From positions 7,806 to 71,805 of the forward strand of contig JAZRZN010000080.1 in the NCBI GenBank assembly GCA_045601365.1: a stretch of 64,000 nt of DNA, given 5' to 3'. This DNA comes from Clostridia bacterium (GTDB lineage: Bacteria > Bacillota > Clostridia > Christensenellales > QALW01). Positions 8,419 to 18,894 of this stretch are shown in pieces; positions within the stretch are counted from its first letter, which is position 1, and every line of letters starts with the position of its first letter. The position numbers were made by a program, and so were the translations under genes. The notes under the pieces were generated by a model. It saw only the letters and a program-made list of their open reading frames with translations. It was not told the DNA's origin and ran no database searches.

Positions 8419-10824
8419 CTACTGTTTTTTGCAGATAGATTCGGCTATTCGTACCGTTTCCATGGCATCACGGGCGTAGAAATCGGCGTTTATCTTCTTT
8501 GCGTATTCATGATTCAACACAGCACCGCCGACAATGACGCGACAGAACGGAGCTTGTTCATGGATCAAACGTACCGTTTCTTCCATGGCAGGTACAGTGG
8601 TGGTCATCAGCGCACTTAGCCCCGCTATCGGCGCATGCAAACGCAGTATTTCCTTTGTCACGGTCTCCGGCGGAACATCTCTGCCGAGGTCATGAACATC
8701 AAAGCCGTAATTTTCCAAAAGCAAGCGTACTATATTCTTGCCGATATCATGAATATCTCCGTGAACGGTAGCAAGCACGACCTTTACAGCGTCCTTGCCG
8801 ACAGACGAGACCGACGAAGCCTTTATGACTTCGAATGCGCTTTGTGCCGCCTCTGCGCTCATCAACAGCTGAGGCAGATATACGGTCTTGTTTTCAAAGC
8901 CCTTACCTACTGTATCAAGTGCCGGAATGATCTCGCTGTTTATTATTTCAAGCGGCGGCTTATCACTTATAAGCGACAGTGTTATCTCGCGTGCCTGCTC
9001 CCTCAGCCCCTTGCGTATGGCATTCTGCAACGGCGATGCGCCGTCATCGGGAGCGGTCACGCCCGTGCTTTGCGCTGTCGCGATCTGCGGTATATCGGCA
9101 AGGCTCTGCCCGAACGAAATATAATCCGAGCAATTCGCGTCAAGTGCATTGAGTGCGCGATATGCGTAGTACGTTTTCATCATCTCGGTTGAATACGGAT
9201 TCATTATCGCCGCCGAAAGTCCGTTTTCAAGCGCAAGAGCAAAGAATACGCCGTTGATCACATCACGTGCAGGCAGACCGAACGAAACATTCGATACTCC
9301 GAGCAATGTATGACAGCCAAGCTCGCATTTGATGCGCTTAAGTGCTTCAAGCGTAACAAGCGCGGCATTTTTATCTGCACTGACGGTCATCGTAAGCGTA
9401 TCAAAAACTATGTCTTTTTTCTCAATACCGTATTTTTTTGCGGTACCGAGTATTTTTTTTGCTATTTGCACTCTGCCTTCGGCGGTTTCGGGAATACCGT
9501 TTTCATCAAGCGTAAGTGCTATGACAACGCCGCCGTACTTTTTAACGAGCGGGAATATTGCATCCATGCTTTCCTGCTTTCCGTTTACCGAATTTATGAG
9601 TGCTTTGCCGTTATAGCGGCGCAATGCAACTTCCATTGCCGTCGGCGAAGCCGTGTCTATCTGCAACGGCAGGTCTATCACCGCCTGTAATTCTTCGACT
9701 GCTTCGCGCAATACCTGTGCTTCGTCAATGCCCGGCACGCCTACATTGACATCAAGTGCATGTACATTTTTCTCCTGCTGTGCAAGTCCTTCCCTTAAAA
9801 TATAACCGATATCATGCTCCTGTATCGCTTGGCGAAAACGCTTTTTGCCCGTTGGATTTATACGTTCGCCGATAAGCAAAGGCGCATCGGAGAAGCTGAG
9901 AGCGTGCGTATACGATGATATCACCGTTTCGTTTTTTTCACACAGGTCTTTTGTGTGAATACCCGATATAGCATCACAGAGCTTTTTGATATATTCGGGT
10001 GTTGTGCCACAGCATCCGCCGACTACACGCGCACCGCTTTCAACCGCTTCCTTTACGGCTTGTGCAAATTCATCGGCAGTAATATCGAATACTGTCTTAC
10101 CGCCATCCACCTTAGGCAGTCCTGCATTTGGCTTGAATACGACCGGCGAAGATGCATGTTCAAGTATTTTTTTCAGTGTCGGCATGAGCTGAGAAGGACC
10201 GAGTGAACAGTTTATTCCGATGGCATCGGCTCGCATGCCCTCAAGCACGGCGACCATGGCTTCGGGCGATGCACCTGTCATCAGCGTGCCGTCGGCGGAA
10301 TACGCATTTGTAACTATGACCGGCAGATCGCTGTTTTCCTTTACCGCGAGCAATGCTGCCTTTGTTTCAAGGCTGTCGTTCATCGTCTCTACCGTCACAA
10401 GATCAACGCCTGCGCGGACACCTGCTTTCACCGTTTCTGCAAATATGCTGACAGCTTCATCAAAATCAAGGTCGCCGTAAGGCTTAAGCAAACGTCCCGT
10501 AGGACCTATATCGAGCGAAACGAATTTTTCCTTTGCCGATAAAGATGCGTCGCGTGCCGTTTTTGCATTTTTGACGGCGGCTGAAATTATCTCGTCAAGC
10601 TCATCGACATCAAAATGAAGCGTATTCGCGCCGAACGTATTCGTATTCACCACATTGCTTCCGGCATCAAAATATGCGCGATGAATGCTTGTAACTGTAT
10701 CTGCATGCGTGATGTTCCAACGCTCCGGTGCTTCTCCGGGCTGAAGTCCGGCACTTTGCAACAGTGTTCCCATCCCGCCGTCAAGTATGACGGTATTATT
10801 TTTCAAAAAATCACGAAAATTCAT
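8419..10824 (-). CDS. metH: B12-dependent methionine synthase (homocysteine, pterin and B12-binding domains)
   Basis: LDGGMGT, GINCSLGP, GGCCGTTP, IGERINPTG, GDIHDIGKNIV cobalamin motif. Confidence 0.95.
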   Translation of the reverse strand: MNFRDFLKNNTVILDGGMGTLLQSAGLQPGEAPERWNITHADTVTSIHRAYFDAGSNVVNTNTFGANTLHFDVDELDEIISAAVKNAKTARDASLSAKEKFVSLDIGPTGRLLKPYGDLDFDEAVSIFAETVKAGVRAGVDLVTVETMNDSLETKAALLAVKENSDLPVIVTNAYSADGTLMTGASPEAMVAVLEGMRADAIGINCSLGPSQLMPTLKKILEHASSPVVFKPNAGLPKVDGGKTVFDITADEFAQAVKEAVESGARVVGGCCGTTPEYIKKLCDAISGIHTKDLCEKNETVISSYTHALSFSDAPLLIGERINPTGKKRFRQAIQEHDIGYILREGLAQQEKNVHALDVNVGVPGIDEAQVLREAVEELQAVIDLPLQIDTASPTAMEVALRRYNGKALINSVNGKQESMDAIFPLVKKYGGVVIALTLDENGIPETAEGRVQIAKKILGTAKKYGIEKKDIVFDTLTMTVSADKNAALVTLEALKRIKCELGCHTLLGVSNVSFGLPARDVINGVFFALALENGLSAAIMNPYSTEMMKTYYAYRALNALDANCSDYISFGQSLADIPQIATAQSTGVTAPDDGASPLQNAIRKGLREQAREITLSLISDKPPLEIINSEIIPALDTVGKGFENKTVYLPQLLMSAEAAQSAFEVIKASSVSSVGKDAVKVVLATVHGDIHDIGKNIVRLLLENYGFDVHDLGRDVPPETVTKEILRLHAPIAGLSALMTTTVPAMEETVRLIHEQAPFCRVIVGGAVLNHEYAKKINADFYARDAMETVRIAESICKKQ

Positions 10825-11405
10825 AATTCCTCCGTAATTCCTGTTATTGCCGTTACCGATTTGCTCGGTGACATCAAAAGACTTTCCGTAAGCGTTACGC
10901 CCAGTGATTTCGGACAGTCAAAAAAGGCAAATATCTCTTTTTGCATCGACAGCGTAAGATCACCGTAGCCCGGGCTGAAACGCGGGCGGATACGATACCT
11001 TTCCTTAAGCAGATTTTCAAATGAATCGCACAGTGCCTCTATGCGCTCCGCTCCTATCGCCTGCATGCATACGGCACGCGACGGGCTGATACGCGCATAT
11101 CGGTGTATGAGGCGGTCTATCCCGAGCCCGACGGTAGCTACCGATACTACGGCTTTTTCGCACCCTGCAAGATCAGTGGCAAGCGATCTGCTTTCAACAG
11201 ACGTAAAGCCGAAATCGATATTTTCTCCGCTTACCGACAAAGCAAAAATATCATAGCAAAGCCGATGATCAAATATGCTTCGGCTTTCGTTAATGCAGTC
11301 AGCTACAAGCTCCTCTACCGCCGCATCCGTCTTGCGGACTCCCATATAGCGAAGCACTTCTGTTTTATTTATATCTGGCACATCTGGTGTAAGCAATGTC
11401 ATCAT
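10821..11405 (-). CDS. Methionine synthase reactivation (SAM-binding) domain protein
   Basis: EVLRYMG, RFSPGYGD, MSPSKSVTA; lies between metF and metH. Confidence 0.88.
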   Translation of the reverse strand: MMTLLTPDVPDINKTEVLRYMGVRKTDAAVEELVADCINESRSIFDHRLCYDIFALSVSGENIDFGFTSVESRSLATDLAGCEKAVVSVATVGLGIDRLIHRYARISPSRAVCMQAIGAERIEALCDSFENLLKERYRIRPRFSPGYGDLTLSMQKEIFAFFDCPKSLGVTLTESLLMSPSKSVTAITGITEEL

Positions 11406-12283
11406 TCTTTACCGAGTATATCCGAAAGATTCGCCTGTATCGCGGCGGCAACATCCGGCTTGTTCATTGAATAAACATGCACATGATAAATTCCGTTTGC
11501 ATAAAGGTCGATTATCTGATCGGTGGCATATGCAATACCCGCCTGCTTCATCGCCTCCGGGCTGGAGCCGAATTTATCGACAAGTGCCTTGAAGCGTTGC
11601 GGCATGAATGAGCCCGAGAGCTTTATCGCACGTTCGACCTGCTTTGCATTGGTTATCGGCATTATGCCCGGTAAAACGGGAACGGTCACGCCCGCTTCAC
11701 GAAGCTTATAAAGAAAATTGTAAAGCAGGTTGTTGTCAAAAAACATCTGTGTCGTAAGAAATTCGCATCCGGCTTCTACTTTCTCGGCAATGTGGCGTAT
11801 ATCCTCGGTTTGATTTACGCTTTCCGGATGCACCTCCGGGTAGCACGCGCCGCCGATGCAAAAGCCGCGGTCGATCTCCTTTATTTCTTTTATAAGGTCA
11901 ACAGCATGCGAATAGTGCCATGTACTGCGGTCGTCATTCATGCGCTCTGCGGGGATATCACCGCGCAGTGCCATGATATTTTCAAGTCCCGCGTCTTTCA
12001 TTGCGATTATCTTTTCACGCACCGTTTCGCGCGTTGAAGAAACACATGTAAGATGCGCAAGTGACGGAACATTGTGCATATTCATTATTTGTTTGGCTAT
12101 TTCAAGCGTATACGGACTTGTGCCGCCGCCCGCGCCGTAGGTAACGCTGACGAATGACGGATGAAGCTCGGCTATCTCCGTAACAGCCTGTTTAACGCTG
12201 TCAAAAGCCGTTTCGTTTTTCGGCGGAAACACCTCAAACGACAGCGAATATTTCTTTTCCTTGAGTTTTTCTGATATTTTCAT
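11402..12283 (-). CDS. metF: 5,10-methylenetetrahydrofolate reductase
   Basis: SFEVFPPK, SVTYGAGG, AHLTC, ALRGD, TQMFFD; RBS GGAGG before ATG 12283. Confidence 0.95.
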   Translation of the reverse strand: MKISEKLKEKKYSLSFEVFPPKNETAFDSVKQAVTEIAELHPSFVSVTYGAGGGTSPYTLEIAKQIMNMHNVPSLAHLTCVSSTRETVREKIIAMKDAGLENIMALRGDIPAERMNDDRSTWHYSHAVDLIKEIKEIDRGFCIGGACYPEVHPESVNQTEDIRHIAEKVEAGCEFLTTQMFFDNNLLYNFLYKLREAGVTVPVLPGIMPITNAKQVERAIKLSGSFMPQRFKALVDKFGSSPEAMKQAGIAYATDQIIDLYANGIYHVHVYSMNKPDVAAAIQANLSDILGKE

Positions 12284-12334
12284 AAATGCCTCCGTATACA
12301 ATGCACATATGTTCAATATTGCATAAGTATTGTG

Positions 12335-13048
12335 TTACATAAATTCTTTTGCAAGTGCGGCATCGTTAAGTAACAATGCATCGGCGCCGAGTTCTGTCAG
12401 CCTTTCTATCTGTGACCTTGAACCGTTCATGCAATATAACGGATGGTTCACCGACAGATCCGCGCTCATTATCCATATTTCACGGTCTTGGGGAATAAGC
12501 TTGCGCACCTCTGATATCGGATGCTCCGTCAGCCAATACTCCCACAGGCGCACATTTCCCGCTCCGGCATCAGTAAATGCCCTTGGCAAGAAAACGCCCT
12601 CCTCCGGCATAAATGCCAGAATATCTTTTTCGTCATAGAATTTGCGTGCGACCTTTACTTCATCAACGGCATGCACACCGACCATCGTTTTGAACGGAGC
12701 ATTGCGCAGCTTCTTATAAAATGCTTCATCGGTGGCATTGCGCGGCATGTCAAAAAGGACTGCCGAGCTTCCCGTATAGTTTTCAAGCAATTCATCAAGT
12801 GTCGTCAGCTCTTTACCTGCCTTTTCAAGTGCGGTCTTCATCTCGGCATAGGTCAATTGACTCATCTTGCGTTCATCACCTGCAAGTCTGCGAAGATCGA
12901 CATCATGAAACAGCACATACACGCCATCGGCAGTCTGCCGCGGATCACATTCCACCGCAAAAACACCGTACTCCGCGCCGCGCATGAGCGACGCAAGCGT
13001 ATCCTCCTGACATTCAAGGCATGCGCCTCTGTGAGCAATAAATTTCAT
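12335..13048 (-). CDS. Glycerophosphodiester phosphodiesterase family protein
   Basis: IAHRGA, E(D)T, ECD..TADG..VLFHD. Confidence 0.8.
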   Translation of the reverse strand: MKFIAHRGACLECQEDTLASLMRGAEYGVFAVECDPRQTADGVYVLFHDVDLRRLAGDERKMSQLTYAEMKTALEKAGKELTTLDELLENYTGSSAVLFDMPRNATDEAFYKKLRNAPFKTMVGVHAVDEVKVARKFYDEKDILAFMPEEGVFLPRAFTDAGAGNVRLWEYWLTEHPISEVRKLIPQDREIWIMSADLSVNHPLYCMNGSRSQIERLTELGADALLLNDAALAKEFM

Positions 13049-13069
13049 ATTTCATTTCTCCTGTAAATG

Positions 13070-13098
13070 TTGACTTTTCAACACTATGATTGTATAAT
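13070..13098 (+). promoter_or_regulatory. Sigma-A promoter for the alpha-galactosidase gene
   Basis: TTGACT-17 bp-TATAAT. Confidence 0.7.
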
Positions 13099-13130
13099 AA
13101 ACGGAAGAATTTAGCAAGGAGTTTTTTTAT

Positions 13131-14981
13131 ATGAGACTGTTTTTTGAAGCCGATCCCCTGAACATGTGGAATATTTACGGTTCATTCGGAAGCCTGCACG
13201 GCGAAGTATTGATAAATAAAGATACAGCAAAGCTTGAATGCAACGGTGTATCCGCCAGCACCGTCTGCACGTCCTCGGAGCATGGCGTGGTATCGCGCAA
13301 AACCACGGTAACAAATATTTCCGATGCACCGATAGTTTTTTCGGAGCTTGCCGATGTGTTCATGCTTGATGGCGGAGAATACGAAGCATACACGCAGTAT
13401 AACGGCTGGCAATCCGAGAGCCTCGGCTCATGGCAGAATGTCGGCACTGAGATAGTTGCACAAAGCGAAGGCTTCAGAACAAGCTTCGGTGCAGTACCTT
13501 TCGCACTTGTATGGAGCAGGCAATCAAATCACGGCACGGCGTTCCACATCGTTCCCGATTCTGCCTGGGAGATACATATCCGCCGTGCGTGCGACGGCAA
13601 TGACAATAACCATGTCCGCGTTATCGCAGGCATCAACAGCCATGATCTTGCGTTGACGCTTGCACCCGGTGAAAGCGTCGCTTTGCCGGAAATACTGTAC
13701 TATTCGGTCGCCGACAGAGTGAGCATGGATTCATGGAAGCTCCAACGGTATCTTAATGACAGGATGCCGCGCAGAAAGATGCCCGTAATGTATAATACAT
13801 GGCTCGCGTTTTTCGACAAACTGAGCTTTGACAACGTTGAATCGCAGATCGTTCCCGCCGCACAGCTCGGTGCAGAGTATTTCGTGATCGACGCGGGCTG
13901 GTTCGGCAACGGTGATTCATGGACAAAAGGGCGTGGTGACTGGACGGAAAACACGGTGTCGGCATTCTGCGGCAGAATGAAGGAAATTTCCGACAGGGTA
14001 CGCGAAAACGGTATGAAGTTCGGCATCTGGCTTGAGCTTGAGACCGCCGATGATTGCGCGGAAATATTCAAGACCGCACCCGATATGTTCATCAATACCG
14101 GCAACGGCTGTCTGCTTGACTTCGCAAAGCCCGAAGCAATGCAATATGCATTCGACACCGTAAAAAGGCTTATTGAGCAATACAATGCCGAATTTTTCAA
14201 GCTTGATTTCAATTCATCTTTGCTTTTTGACAGCAGACGCACAGCATTCACCGAATATATGGACGGCTTCAACACATTTATTAAAAAGATAAAAGCCGCC
14301 TTCCCCGACTTATACATTGAGCGTTGCGCATCCGGCGGCTTCAGAATGAACATTGCCGACGCACGCTTCTGCGACAGCTATTGGCTTAGCGACGACCAAA
14401 ATCCTTTTGCCGGTGTAAGGATTGTGAAAGACACCGTAAGAAGAATGCCGTCACAGTGGATAGAACGTTGGGCTACGGTATCTTCGCTTCCCGACTTTGA
14501 ACCGACATATTCCGGCAAGCCCGAAGAAAAGCTTCTTGCCACCGATGATGCGATATGGCGCGATGTGCGTTCCGTACACAGCTCATTCCTCAACGCGTTT
14601 TTGACCGGCGGTCCGATAGGCTTTTCGTGCGATCTGACAAAGCTTTCAGCAAATACGCTTGCAGAGCTTAAGGATTTCGTTGCCGTGCAAAAGGCTGACG
14701 GTGATTTTTGGCAAAATGCCGATTGCCGCGTGCTGTGCGATACCGAAACATTAGTAGTGCTTCAGTACAATGACAGAACACTTGATCGGATAGAGCTTGT
14801 AGTATATTCGTTCCGCTCGATGCAACACATGGCACGGATATTCCCCCGGCTTGATACCTCGTCGGATTACCTCTTTAACGGGGAGATCATGTCCGCCGAA
14901 GCACTTGCAAATGACGGCATATCCGTTCAAATCCCCGGACGCTATGAAGCTGTAAGGCTCACGCTGATAAAGCAAAAGTAA
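13131..14981 (+). CDS. Alpha-galactosidase, GH36
   Basis: YNTW, FVIDAGWF, GDW, KFGIWLE, FKLDFN, ERCASGG.R, WLSD. Confidence 0.9.
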   Translation: MRLFFEADPLNMWNIYGSFGSLHGEVLINKDTAKLECNGVSASTVCTSSEHGVVSRKTTVTNISDAPIVFSELADVFMLDGGEYEAYTQYNGWQSESLGSWQNVGTEIVAQSEGFRTSFGAVPFALVWSRQSNHGTAFHIVPDSAWEIHIRRACDGNDNNHVRVIAGINSHDLALTLAPGESVALPEILYYSVADRVSMDSWKLQRYLNDRMPRRKMPVMYNTWLAFFDKLSFDNVESQIVPAAQLGAEYFVIDAGWFGNGDSWTKGRGDWTENTVSAFCGRMKEISDRVRENGMKFGIWLELETADDCAEIFKTAPDMFINTGNGCLLDFAKPEAMQYAFDTVKRLIEQYNAEFFKLDFNSSLLFDSRRTAFTEYMDGFNTFIKKIKAAFPDLYIERCASGGFRMNIADARFCDSYWLSDDQNPFAGVRIVKDTVRRMPSQWIERWATVSSLPDFEPTYSGKPEEKLLATDDAIWRDVRSVHSSFLNAFLTGGPIGFSCDLTKLSANTLAELKDFVAVQKADGDFWQNADCRVLCDTETLVVLQYNDRTLDRIELVVYSFRSMQHMARIFPRLDTSSDYLFNGEIMSAEALANDGISVQIPGRYEAVRLTLIKQK

Positions 14982-14982
14982 C

Positions 14983-15022
14983 AAAAAACAAGAGCTGTTG
15001 AAAACGTAACAGCTCTTATATT
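14983..15022. terminator. Bidirectional intrinsic terminator
   Basis: AAGAGCTGTT/AACAGCTCTT stem between convergent genes. Confidence 0.7.
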
Positions 15023-15664
15023 TTACATTGCCGATGTCACCTTTTTGGCATCGGCTTCCATAAATGAAGCCTGCCCTATTTTTTTCGGGATAAGTCTCCC
15101 GTTATCATAAACGACCTCGCTTACCGAGCAGTTCGGCATCCACTGACAGCGGTTTATCTCCTCTATCGGGATGTTTTCCCATATGCATTGCAAGGTGCGT
15201 ATGACTGCTCTGTGTGCTACGATAACAACTGTTTTACCGTCATTTTTTTCGGCTATCTCGCAAACAGCGGGAAAAACCCGTTCCTGCGCTTCTTGTGCCG
15301 TCTCACCGTGCGGAGGTCTGACAAGAGCCATGCAGATATTCCACATTTCAAATTCAGCCGAATAATTTTTCTTTATCTCTTCAAATGGCTTTCCGTTCCA
15401 GTCTCCGCCGCTTATTTCCTGTAAGCGTTCGTCCGTGATGACGGGAAGCGAAAACCTTTCCGCTATTTTCTTCGCGGTTTTTTCAGCGCGCGAAAGGCAA
15501 CTCGCGTAAACGGCGTCCACGCTATATGTCTCTTTTATAAATGCCGCCGCCTTTTCAGCCTGGCGGATGCCTGTTTCCGTAAGCATGACATCGCTGTTCC
15601 CGCCGAAAATACCGTCACGGTTCGCTGTGCTTTCACCGTGGCGCACAAATAAAAGTGTAGTCAT
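15023..15664 (-). CDS. Histidine phosphatase (phosphoglycerate mutase-like) family protein
   Basis: VRHGES, LSRA..TA, RLQE, IVAH; RBS AAAGG before ATG 15664. Confidence 0.88.
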   Translation of the reverse strand: MTTLLFVRHGESTANRDGIFGGNSDVMLTETGIRQAEKAAAFIKETYSVDAVYASCLSRAEKTAKKIAERFSLPVITDERLQEISGGDWNGKPFEEIKKNYSAEFEMWNICMALVRPPHGETAQEAQERVFPAVCEIAEKNDGKTVVIVAHRAVIRTLQCIWENIPIEEINRCQWMPNCSVSEVVYDNGRLIPKKIGQASFMEADAKKVTSAM

Positions 15665-15677
15665 TACATTACCTTTC

Positions 15678-16541
15678 TTATTCTGCATTGAGCATGTCAT
15701 CAAGCCTGCAAATGCAATCGTATAAATGTCTTACATATGCATCCGAGATCGCACCGTGGTAATAGCTTGATTCAAGCGTCAGATAACCGTCATAGCCGAT
15801 ATCGCGGAATGCTTTCATCACGCTTTGCCAATCTATGTTTCCCATTGACGGCGGATAATGCATATCGTAATCTCTCATGTTGTTATGTATATGTGTCGCT
15901 TTGATACGTTTACCGAGGTAACGGACTTGATCGGCTTGGTCGCGATCCGTCAAATGCGCGTGTCCCGTGTCCCACAGTGCGCATATATGCGATGACTCAA
16001 ATGCGCTTATCATATCGACAAGCTCTTCCGGCATATCCGAGTATAGGTCATCCTTATGATCGGGATACATTGCCGGCGGCATATTTTCCACGCCTATGAT
16101 GACATTCTGCTTTTCCGCTTCCTCAACGATAGGTGCAAGCGCAGTGATATTATCCTTCAGTGAAGCATCCAAATCGAGCGGCGCGCCCCATTTTCCATCT
16201 ATAAAATGCGAACGTGAATGATAAGCACAGACATTTGCGCCGAGCATTTTTGCGGCACGCACGCATCTCAGAATAGAACGGTCAATAACGGGATCGGTGA
16301 TTTCTCCCGAATCGCGCAGATCGTATACGGGCAAATGAACATCCGCGCACTCAAGGTGATACCGTTCAAGCTCCGATACGATATCGCTTATCTGTTTTTC
16401 CCAACCGTCATGCGTAAAGATATCGGCTTCGCCGAACCCCATGCACACATACTTAAATCCCGCCTGTTCCGCAAGGTGCATGGTTTCTTCACGCAGCGAA
16501 TCATAACGTACCGTTATGGCAACTTTTCTGTTGTTATTCAT
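15678..16541 (-). CDS. Sugar phosphate isomerase/epimerase (xylose-isomerase-like TIM barrel)
   Basis: GVENM, WDTGHAH, HIHNN, DMHYPP, GNIDW, LTLE. Confidence 0.85.
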   Translation of the reverse strand: MNNNRKVAITVRYDSLREETMHLAEQAGFKYVCMGFGEADIFTHDGWEKQISDIVSELERYHLECADVHLPVYDLRDSGEITDPVIDRSILRCVRAAKMLGANVCAYHSRSHFIDGKWGAPLDLDASLKDNITALAPIVEEAEKQNVIIGVENMPPAMYPDHKDDLYSDMPEELVDMISAFESSHICALWDTGHAHLTDRDQADQVRYLGKRIKATHIHNNMRDYDMHYPPSMGNIDWQSVMKAFRDIGYDGYLTLESSYYHGAISDAYVRHLYDCICRLDDMLNAE

Positions 16542-16678
16542 TTCACATCATCTCCCGGAAAGCATTTCTAAGATAGTATACTACCGGCTATATAAAAAAT
16601 CAAGTGCTTATTTTTCAAAATGCTGTGTACTTTTTGATGATAGTATGCTATAATATTTATAAATTGGAGGTCTGAAAA

Positions 16679-17905
16679 ATGGCGCGTACCGTACTTGTAA
16701 AAATACTGTGTGTTCTGATTACCGTGATCATGCTTTTGTGTGGATGCGGCAAAAAACTTACCGCTTATCTTTATGTCTTTGAAGAAGCCCAAATTGTCGA
16801 AAAACAGATATCCGTTACGGAGCTTTCATATAAAAGTCTGCTTGGCGCGCTTAAAAACAGCGGCATCGTAAACGAAGCGACAGCAATAAACAGCTTTGAA
16901 AACAAATCGGATCACGATATCAGAACTCTGACAGTTGACATAAATGACGGCTTCAGGAAGTTTTTATCATCAAAAGACGCACAAGCGCAACAGCTTACAA
17001 TGCAGTGCATTGCAAATACATTTTTGAAAAACTACGGTGCTGACGAAATCAGTTTCACAATTGCCGGAGAACCGCTGAAAACGGAAACGAACGATTTTTC
17101 ACAGATGGTTTTTTCTCATGCGGCGGTGATAGTCACTCCCGAACCCGAACAGCCTTCTGAAGAGCCTACACCCACAGCTACGGTCTTAGCCTCGGATATA
17201 CCCACATTTGCGCCTACGCCGACCCCCACCGTTGTTCCCACGGTAACGCCGACAGCCGCCCCGATAGCGACATCGTCTCTGCAAAAAGATCCTGCAAAAA
17301 AATATGTGGCGCTCACCTTTGATGACGGTCCGCATAAGCAATATACCCGCATGATAGCCGAAAAGCTCAACGAATACGGCGCACACGCAACATTCTTCGT
17401 CGTCGGCAACCGCATCGACAGCGATACCGCGGCGGCGATGAAATTCGCCTGTGAAAGCGGCAGTGAAATACAGATACACGGCTATACGCACGAGGCGTAT
17501 TACAATAAGTGCAGTGATGATGTTTATAACAGCGAAATATCCAAGACAGCTACGGCTATCGAAAACGCCGTCGGTGTCAAGCCCACGCTGATGCGTCCTA
17601 TAGGCGGAAGCATCACAAACGACCGCGTCAAGACGAGCAAATACGGTGTTATCATATGGGATGTGGATTCAGAGGACTGGAAGCATAAAAAGGGCGGCGA
17701 CGAAGAAGTTGACATCATCGTCAACAACGTCATGAAGGATGTCCGCAACGGCAGTATAATCCTGATGCACGAAATATATCAAAACTCATACAAGGCGTTT
17801 TGTATAATACTTGATAAGCTCTATCAGCAGGGCTACGAGGTCGTGAATGTCACCGAGCTTATCGGCAACGTTCAGCTCGGCAAAAAGTATTTCAGTGCAA
17901 ACTGA
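16679..17905 (+). CDS. Lipoprotein with GerMN-like domain, PT linker and CE4 polysaccharide deacetylase domain
   Basis: LLCGC lipobox; IANT..NYGADEISFTIAG (GerMN-like); ALTFDDGP, HGYTH, RP.GG, DSEDW, ILMHE. Confidence 0.88.
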   Translation: MARTVLVKILCVLITVIMLLCGCGKKLTAYLYVFEEAQIVEKQISVTELSYKSLLGALKNSGIVNEATAINSFENKSDHDIRTLTVDINDGFRKFLSSKDAQAQQLTMQCIANTFLKNYGADEISFTIAGEPLKTETNDFSQMVFSHAAVIVTPEPEQPSEEPTPTATVLASDIPTFAPTPTPTVVPTVTPTAAPIATSSLQKDPAKKYVALTFDDGPHKQYTRMIAEKLNEYGAHATFFVVGNRIDSDTAAAMKFACESGSEIQIHGYTHEAYYNKCSDDVYNSEISKTATAIENAVGVKPTLMRPIGGSITNDRVKTSKYGVIIWDVDSEDWKHKKGGDEEVDIIVNNVMKDVRNGSIILMHEIYQNSYKAFCIILDKLYQQGYEVVNVTELIGNVQLGKKYFSAN

Positions 17906-17955
17906 AAAACATCCAAGTTTGACAAAAATATACACTTGACTTGCATAAAAAGCTA

Positions 17956-17993
17956 AAAAGCAGACCGATCAAAACGAAGATCGGTCCGCTTTT
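17956..17993. terminator. Bidirectional intrinsic terminator
   Basis: AAAAGCAGACCGATC/GATCGGTCCGCTTTT. Confidence 0.7.
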
Positions 17994-18068
17994 GCTTCGG
18001 CAATTTTTTAACAGTAATAATATTTCACAGTGTCAAACTCTGATGCAGTGCATGCAAGACGACCGCAT

Positions 18069-18407
18069 TCAGATCATCATATTCAGCAAAGCATCAGCTC
18101 CGCTCTGCGTAAGTACATAAACTATTTCAAAAACTATTTCAAACACTTCATACAAAAGAAACCCGAATGCAAAATATGCAGGCTCAACAAACGTTGCCTT
18201 TTTCCTTATAATTCTTATTCCCATAAGGACAAGCCATGCAAATGCAAGTATCAGCAAAATGATGCCGAACGGAATAAACATATCCGCATCGGGATTGGCG
18301 ACATCCCATCCCTTCGATGAATTTGTCGCAAGCAGGAAGCCGAGCCTGCACACTACCTGAAAAAGAAATCCTATCAGCGCATTCGCCGTATATTTTAATG
18401 CTTTCAT
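18069..18407 (-). CDS. Small 3-TM membrane protein of unknown function
   Basis: RBS GGAGG, three hydrophobic segments, paralogous to 18417-18725. Confidence 0.7.
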   Translation of the reverse strand: MKALKYTANALIGFLFQVVCRLGFLLATNSSKGWDVANPDADMFIPFGIILLILAFAWLVLMGIRIIRKKATFVEPAYFAFGFLLYEVFEIVFEIVYVLTQSGADALLNMMI

Positions 18408-18416
18408 AAATACCTC

Positions 18417-18725
18417 CTAAGCGTTTATGATGAGAGTTGCCGCAAAGCATAAGCCGCGAAGCAGCAGACCGACGGCAAAAAAGACAGGCTCGACAAGCTC
18501 GATGCTCTTACCTTTTTTTGTCAGGCGAAGAACATTCAATATCAACCACGCAAGCGCCGCAAGCAGGATCAACACGCCAACGACTGCGGCGATGATGCAT
18601 TTATAATGCAACTCATCACCCGTAACGGGCTTATTGAAAAATCCGACAGCCGAACGGCAAAGCCCGATGTAAATGAATCCGATATAAATATTGAATATTT
18701 TGCTTATTACAGACTTGAATTTCAT
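18417..18725 (-). CDS. Small 3-TM membrane protein of unknown function
   Basis: RBS and consensus promoter upstream; shares AWL..R..KK and VEP.FFA.G.LL with its neighbour. Confidence 0.7.
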   Translation of the reverse strand: MKFKSVISKIFNIYIGFIYIGLCRSAVGFFNKPVTGDELHYKCIIAAVVGVLILLAALAWLILNVLRLTKKGKSIELVEPVFFAVGLLLRGLCFAATLIINA

Positions 18726-18753
18726 ATCTTTTCATTCCTCCTGTTCGTTTACT

Positions 18754-18782
18754 ATTATACCATCATATGTATGCTTTGTCAA
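18754..18782 (-). promoter_or_regulatory. Sigma-A promoter, perfect consensus with extended -10
   Basis: Minus strand TTGACA-17 bp-TATAAT with TG. Confidence 0.8.
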
Positions 18783-18814
18783 GAATATTTTAGTAGGATG
18801 CTTTGTGTGCGATA

Positions 18815-18869
18815 GCTCTGCTCCCGTGACCCCCGCCCGCTTTTGAAAAAAGCGAGGCAAAAACTTTTA
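18815..18869. repeat. Left arm of the outer palindromic shell
   Basis: Reverse complement TAAAAGTTTTTGCCTCGCTTTTTTCAAAAGCGGGCGGGGGTCACGGGAGCAGAGC matches 19234-19292. Confidence 0.7.
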
Positions 18870-18894
18870 TTGTGCTTCGCGCATGCTTGATAAC

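Noticed and set aside
12284-12334. SAM riboswitch or Met T-box upstream of metF
   Set aside because: Only about 50 bp separate metF from the upstream gene and no consensus motifs are present
17140-17275. Tandem DNA repeat in the deacetylase gene (also near 1-60 and 680-870)
   Set aside because: Low-complexity Pro/Thr linker coding with no exact nucleotide periodicity
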